A stretch of DNA of 64,000 bases from Epithemia pelagica (Eukaryota; Protista; Bacillariophyta). The notes under the pieces were generated by a model, which had not been told where the DNA came from, ran no database searches, and saw only the letters and a list, made by a program, of their open reading frames with translations. The stretch lies in assembly GCA_946965045.2 (NCBI GenBank), contig OX337241.1, positions 186,001 through 250,000 of the forward strand, in the 5' to 3' direction. This document shows, in pieces, positions 57,330 through 64,000 of the stretch; within the stretch, counting starts at the first letter, position 1, and the number at the start of each line of letters is the position of its first letter. Made by a program: the position numbers and the translations under genes.

Positions 57330-58375
57330 CGAAAAGGACGAGAGGTACCATCAACTCTCTCTGCCTACTCCTCTAGTATAATTTTAACTATGGTGTATCG
57401 CAATTTCCAGTGGTAGCCACTACTCTTAGATGAATCCGCATCAATCAATATGGCTAGTTGGAACCCTCCTTGGAAGCAAAGACGAAGGTTCAAAATCAAA
57501 TTACATGGTTGAATCTTTCGACAATCCCCTGAAACTACCCTTTGGACAGATAGCGACCGACACTGGGTACCATTGCGATCATGAACATGACGCGTTCGTC
57601 GGCATCCTCGATCGCTTCAGTCGCGGCATCCATATGTGCGGTACCAATGAGAACCTTGGTGTCGAACCAGAACCATCCATTGTTCCAGGCTCGACGATTC
57701 CGGACCACATTATTTGTAATGAGGGAAGATGAGACGACGAGAAGAGAAAGCGTCCTTCGTCCGTCGAATCTCGACGAGATTCGGGACAGAAGCGCGAATC
57801 CAAGAAAGTGTACTCGTACTCGGTACCTGGAAGCCAGCGTACTCCGTTCTCCTATGTAAATTACCAGTACGTACCAATCCAAGGATACGAAACCTGTCAG
57901 TTGGATCCCAGACAAGACCAATCTCTCTTCTACATAATCATGGACATGGCCATAAGAAAGAAACTGGGGCGTAGATGATGCTGACCATTCCAATGTCTTT
58001 CTTTCTTGGTTAATCATGTCGTTTGCTCTTGGTCCTGTTCCCTGCCGGCGCTTTCGAACATAAAGAAGGAGATTTTTTTAATAGTTGCTCCTTTCTGATG
58101 GAAGGAAAGCATCATCGGCGACACCCAACAAAAGACTGAGCGCGCCATAGTCGCGACGCATGTCATCTTGTTAATCTGTTACACGGATACCACTCCGCTG
58201 CCAAGATCGATGGAATCCCTTCTTCATGCCAAGAGTAGTAGGAGCAAAACAGTTTTACGACCGTGACATTTTCGTGAGTATCAAATTGCACCATTGATTC
58301 TCACTAAGGAAGAGGTTTCAAGAAAGACAATCGTACCGAGCTGCGCCTAAGTGATCAAAGTCGAATCATTTCAAC

Positions 58376-59991
58376 ATGTATGCCGCTCTTTCTTCATTGT
58401 CAAGCTCTCCAGGATCCGACTATCCGGTGGTTTATAGTGCCGCCAAGAACACCTCGACAACAGCAAACTCGGCAGCGCACTTGAGCACTAAGGATGATTG
58501 TACCCACGAAGATGCTCCGAACAAGATCGAGTCTTCCTCCGCCAAGTCGCCACAAGCAATGGACGATGCTTCTGAATCCACTGCGGTACAGTTTCATTTC
58601 TGGGTGTATCGACTCCTCTACATGAACGGGTACTTGTTTCATGAAGCCGACTTAGCTTTACGCACTTTTCTTCCGTGCAGGATTTTGTCTTTTTGGCCTT
58701 TTTGGGCAATCAACTCTACCATTACTACCAGATTTTCCCTTGTCTGGCGAACCATAGTAATCTTCAAGTCATTATGTGTCTCATTATGATTCCGGATCAC
58801 TTGCAACGATGCGTCACCAAGATGGATCAGTGGTGCGGGGCACTCTTTCGGTTCAAACCCAAGGAACAACAAGAACAAGACGAGCACTCCATGGCCAAGA
58901 GAGAAGACGAACAAACCCGTGACACGGTTGGCGCCATGAGGTGGATCATTGCCATTCTCTACTTTTTTGCTGGATTCCACAAGATCAACTCTGACTTTTT
59001 CGATTTGGAAGTTACCTGCGCCTTTGAAATGGTAGACCGTCTCTTGGTTCCTTTTGGTATCGAGGCGCATGCCCATTTTCCCCATTGGTTACAAGTACCC
59101 TTCCCACCAGTCGTGATCTTTCTGGAGCTGACACCGGCGGTTTCGTTTGTCTTTTTCCCCAAGTGGCAAAAGTATGGCGTCCTCATGCTGCTCATGCTCC
59201 ATGGACCACTTTCGTTTGTGGGCTTTGCCGACTTTTCTTCCATTGGAATGGGTAACTTGTATGTACTGATTGCTCCTCTGGCAACTCAATACATGCCAAG
59301 CAAGGAGTACTTCAAGGGGATTATCCTTTGCTTTGTTGCGGCCCACCTGGTCATGGGTGTGGAGAAGCAAATCGATGCTGAACGGTATGAAAACACTGGA
59401 GAAGAAGAGGTGGACTACTATGGAATCTACGAGGGAGCTATCTTGGTCTTGGCCTTTACGCCCATTTGGTACCAATACTTTCGCTCCAGTGTTCCGGGTC
59501 CCACCTTTTCGATTCCGACCTCCTGGTGGAACCGATTGGTCCCTGCTCTCTTTGTCTTTTTCTGCATGAATAATTATCTTGGTCTCCGGACTGCGGGAAC
59601 CGTCTCCATGTTTAGCAACTTGAGAACAGAAGGCCCACGATCAAACCACTATCTTCTCGGCTCCAACCCTTTGAAATTCTTTGATTACCAAGACGATTTG
59701 GTGTATATCTTGGAGGCCGACGAACGTGTTTCCGAAAGGTATCGGTATCAAATGAATGCCGGTGTCATTGTGCCGTGGATCCAATTTTGTCGCAATGTCG
59801 AAGACGTTGTCTGGGAAGAGCACGAAGACTTGTATGCCAAGATTGAGTACCAAGGCGAGATGTATGAAACATACGACATGTCGTTTGATACCAATTTCAC
59901 CTCCCATTTCAAAATTCCCTGGTGGCAAAGCTTTTTGTTGGAGTTTCGTGAAATTTACGAACCCGACCAGAAACAAGAATGTACCTGGTAA
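58376..59991 (+). pseudogene. Tandem paralog of the HTTM-like protein with a frameshifting deletion near 58640-58680
   Basis: FHFWVYRLLYMNG lies in the frame of ORF 58376; QDFVFL..LANH..LYFFAGFHKINSDFF..QECTW lies in the frame of ORF 58675. About 13 codons are missing relative to the 55581 paralog. Confidence 0.75.
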
Positions 59992-60643
59992 TGAAAGCGC
60001 CATTTGTATATAGACGACTAACACCTTAGGCTCATCACGTGCAATCCCTCGCGATACTTTCTGTATGACTCATGGGTAGCGTGCTTTGGTATTGCGTTGT
60101 CCGACCAGCACAGAATGGCATTTATGGAATGCGCCGACACTCGCCTTGTATTCTACAGCAAGACGAGCTCAATTGATGGCATACTACTGACCATCTGAAA
60201 TTGAGTGGAACTGCTGACCATGATCCCTACCGCCCAAGTACTCAAGCCACTCTCAAAGGCATCGCATGATGGAAACAAGACATTTCATTATGTCGCCTGA
60301 ATTTTCGTACAAACTGAAGGAGTAAGCTATGGCCTCCGTAGTCAGTATAGTGTAGCCAAAAAACAAATGGATTGCTCGTTCCAGGGAGGCGTCTCCGATG
60401 CTGGTCCTGCGTTAGACTGGAGGAGTGCCTCTGCTGATGCGCTTTGCATTGCTGGCCCTCCATGGTGAAGAATGCGTCCCGACGCGAGTTCGTCATTCCT
60501 CGTCTGATGATATCATATGGATCACTTTCAAAGGCTATTGATACTATGAGATCTTTGTACTAGGAATCACCATGCCCTACTAGGGATTGGGAGCATATGT
60601 TTTACTCGTAAGCACGTCCATACTCTCCACTCTTCATGGGCCC

Positions 60644-61579
60644 ATGCTTCATTTACCTGCCTGGTCATCGTGTCGTATATCCCCAGATCTCTGAATATTT
60701 CATCTCAACTCCATCGGATTAGACTATCTCAGGCGTGGCTTATATGCCGATGCCACGCAAGTATTGAACTTGGCAGTGAGTATGACTTTCATTGTCGTGT
60801 CACAACTAGAGGACAATTATCTCTCGCAGTATGGTACATGCAATGTGTTATGTGCCTTGAACCCGATATGTATGGAAAGTGAAGCAGAACAAGTCCATCC
60901 CAAAGGTCCCACAGGCTGGAGTCAAGCAGTTCCCTCATCGTTCGACAAATATGTTGTCGTCGAAGAAATGAAGAAGGCCCTAGTTGACAAACCAAAGGAG
61001 AAAACAAAGTTTGCTGATCACAATACTCTGCTTCTTCACGCATATCCCTTTTTGTTGTCGTTGGAGAATAATGATTCTCATGAAGGTTTCGATGACGGAT
61101 ACTCCATGAACAAGGCAAGAACGAAGACCAAGAACACAGCATCAACGCCCGAGGTTTTGCACTGCGAAAACATTGTGTTGGCTGTTCTCCTTTTTCATCT
61201 GGGACTTTCGTACCACCTGAACGCTTTACACGGATCCATTCGTCAAAAAGATGTCTTGATGAGAAATGCACTAGACGCCTATAACATTGCCGAGGATGTT
61301 TTGCAAAGCACAGAGATTGGGTTGATGACTATTGAAGAGCAACGGGTATTGTTGGCAATCCACAATAACATGGCCCATGCAAGCTTTCATTTCTACGACG
61401 TAGTAGCATGCAGCAACCATTTAGTTACATTGCGCTACCTGCTGTCATTCTTTGGACTGACTTCTCAGGATGAAACTGAAGGAAGTTTGTCAATCAACGA
61501 AGACCAGCAACGCAGCAAACATTTCTTTATGAATGCAATCCCGCTTGTTCAGATCTTCGTCTTATCACCGTCAGCTTAG
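60644..61579 (+). pseudogene. TPR-like family paralog 2, with an in-frame TGA near the N-terminus (or a downstream start)
   Basis: ATG 60644, TGA 60692-60694, then IFHLNSIGLDYLRRG..VLLFHLGLSYHL..LLAIHNNMAHASFHFYD..SPSA. Confidence 0.65.
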
Positions 61580-63221
61580 ACTATGATAATATAGAGAACC
61601 CATTACTGCGTTTTGCGTTCAGATGATAGATATAGACAATAGACATACCTTACAGCTGCCGCAGGAGTTTTGTTTCAAGGTAGAAAGATGACAGGCTCTC
61701 CAGGGTAAAAATAGAGAGAGAAGATGATGAGAGATGAGAAGTCGTCTTCGGTCTTAGTCTTGAGGCACTCTACGACGCAAGATGCAGTAGTGTCGCCACA
61801 AGGAGCGTGTGCAAGATATCCCATTGAGTATCCAAGGGGACGTGCAAGGTAGGGCAAATAGAAAGGCACGATGAACCACGAATGAATAATTCTGGGCAAT
61901 AATAGAACATATCTGACAAATGGACAAGAGCGATATAATATTCTTATATCATATAAATATATAATCAATAATCACCAGACAAGAACACACCAGCTAGAGA
62001 GAAGGGAAAAGGGAACGGTCCTTATTCTTAGCGCTTGGTGAGTCGACTGCATCGGAACACGACAAGATGATTTGAGCTAAAATTTGTGAGCCAATTGTAT
62101 AACCGCGCCCTACACACACCTTAAGACGAGACAACAGCTCACGTCTGAAGTCTGAAGGGGTGGGAGGGGGAGAAAGGATCATAAATTCGATAATACACTT
62201 TGCTATTGATTGATAATTCGATATTCGATGGACAAGTGACGAGAATACTCGCACAGGGAAACAGGAAACAGGGAAGCGATCGTATTTGGCATTTGGCATA
62301 TTATTTCTTGGTTGTTCTCTAGTTCCAATGGCCAGGATAGTACGAGTAGTTGGATATCAGGAGTTATGAGTTTATGAGCTTTGTCTATTAGCTATTGTCT
62401 GCTTTACCGATTACCGATGAGTATCATCATTCATGGTCTATCTGATTTCTGATCCCTGTTCCTTGAGTATATGCGCGTCACTGCTACCACAAGGCTACTA
62501 ACCCTCTCCTTGACTCAGAACTCAGAAAGACATCTCGAATCTTGACACAATTAGTCAGTCAAGCGTCTCGTATTCCCTCCCTTATCCTTATCCCTCAATC
62601 CCTCAGACTTAGCCCTGTTGTCCGCTTCTCTCTTACTCCTATTTTCCATAATCCTTAATCCTTGTCTCACCTCAACTGTCATTTAAGTTATAGTCTTTAG
62701 TCTCCTACTAGGCTTTAGGCTTGCGTCCTCTTGTCCTATGTCTGAAGCTGGACCATGATTGTCCGAGAACAACTACCTACCACCTACCTCTACCGACTAC
62801 CGAGGTAAAACATAAAACACGAAAAGTACAAGAGCCGTACGGACTACTCTACCAGGTAGACGACCTACCACTTACTTCAGTAGTAGAGCCTATTGTCGGA
62901 GCAATACGAGTACATCATAATACTGCTGTATGTACTTACTTGCATAGGAGTAGGCAATAATATGCCCTTCTCGTATGCGGCCTTCCCCATTTCTTGCATC
63001 TTCTTTTAAGGCGTTTGAAAGACTTTTCCCATCCCATTTTCACGTGTATTTCAACTCATTTGGTGTCTAGTAGAGTAGATTTGAACAGATTGGGGCAAAA
63101 TGCGATCACCTCTCATCTTCATTTCTTTTGCGTCTTCGTCACGGGAATAGGGTCGCAAATGGAATGGTGCACCATTGAGTCTTTTTCATCTTGACTCTTG
63201 CCTCTCATTCTTTCTTGAGCG

Positions 63222-64000
63222 ATGAATAACATGGATCAGAACAGCTACATCCATCTCAACAACAGCGGGATGCTTCATCTTCGCCAACGTGATTATGACA
63301 ATGCTATCAGATACTTTCGATATGCACTGGGAAAAGTCGTAAGGGGGCTGACAAGTGACCCTATGGATGTCCAATCTAGTCCGAGGATCCATGATTCTGC
63401 TTTGTCAGTTGTTAAGGACCGATCCAATCTAGGAATAACGATATACACCCCCTCGGCAGAGAGTCTAACCTCCTCAGATCATGACAGCAGCTCATTTTCA
63501 GACCATAACACGTTGATTTTGCATACCGAAGCATTTGGCTTTGCTTCCTCCGACCCCAGAGAGCTGGACATCTACGAAGGTCACCCTCGAATGAAGAATG
63601 AAAGTCATTTTACCAACTTGGTGTCAGGGATCTTGCTCTTCAATTTGGGCCTCTCCTTCCACATGCGGGCCATTGCCTTGAAAAGTCACTCTGAACATCT
63701 ACGTGCACAACATATCTATTGCAGCGCTAAAGAAGTTCTCTTTCGTAGGCATCATCACCTTCAAGATTACACATTTGACAACGGAGTACGCCGACTCCTG
63801 CTCGCGGTTACCAATAACATGGCTCATCTAAGTTTCCATTTCTACGATATTGCTGGAACCAAGAATCATCTCAGTGCGCTCCGATATCTCGTTTTTGGCG
63901 GATCTCAAGAAGAAGCCCAGAATCAAGTCTCTTTTGATGTGCATAGTGATGGTGTGGATCGACATTTTGTGCTAAACGCATTGTTGTCACTTGTCAATAT
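63222..64000 (+). CDS. TPR-like family paralog 3, open to the right edge of the window
   Basis: MNNMDQNSYIHLNNSGMLHL..DHNTLILH..SGILLFNLGLSFHM..LLAVTNNMAHLSFHFYD; no stop before 64000. Confidence 0.85.
   Translation, partial: MNNMDQNSYIHLNNSGMLHLRQRDYDNAIRYFRYALGKVVRGLTSDPMDVQSSPRIHDSALSVVKDRSNLGITIYTPSAESLTSSDHDSSSFSDHNTLILHTEAFGFASSDPRELDIYEGHPRMKNESHFTNLVSGILLFNLGLSFHMRAIALKSHSEHLRAQHIYCSAKEVLFRRHHHLQDYTFDNGVRRLLLAVTNNMAHLSFHFYDIAGTKNHLSALRYLVFGGSQEEAQNQVSFDVHSDGVDRHFVLNALLSLVN

Noticed and set aside
57535-58017. 160-aa minus-strand ORF between the HTTM paralogs
   Set aside because: No motif and no consistent splice model; may be a chance ORF.
33951-60694. Selenocysteine recoding of the in-frame TGAs
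   Set aside because: None lies in a redox-type motif, the aligned residue is Arg rather than Cys where it can be checked, and no SECIS element could be identified by eye.

Overview
Eukaryotic, intron-containing genomic DNA, most likely from a pennate diatom. This is inferred from a CoDi-type Ty1/Copia element and from gene families typical of diatoms. Host genes: four secreted LRR proteins, a copper amine oxidase, a propeller/EF-hand membrane protein, a 2093-aa low-complexity protein, an S8/S53-like protease with Cys-rich modules, a Kelch protein, two HTTM-like membrane proteins and three TPR-like paralogs. Mobile DNA: (1) a very young full-length Copia LTR retrotransposon (8965-17064; 758-bp LTRs, CGGCG target-site duplication (TSD)). 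It has an extra ORF before gag, a chromodomain-like integrase tail, a frameshifted RT, and a primer-binding site that appears complementary to the anticodon arm of tRNA-Asn(GUU) rather than to a tRNA 3' end. (2) A two-gene PIF/Harbinger-superfamily element (36140-40013) with an unusual GAC TSD, a palindromic 19-bp minisatellite between its divergent genes and a nested MITE. (3) A second copy of that MITE. (4) A non-autonomous Harbinger element with a TAA TSD. (5) A possible 1.5-kb element with terminal inverted repeats (TIRs) into which the Copia inserted. Several genes carry a single lesion (in-frame TGA or frameshift). All splice sites, repeats and family calls were made by eye, with no database searches.
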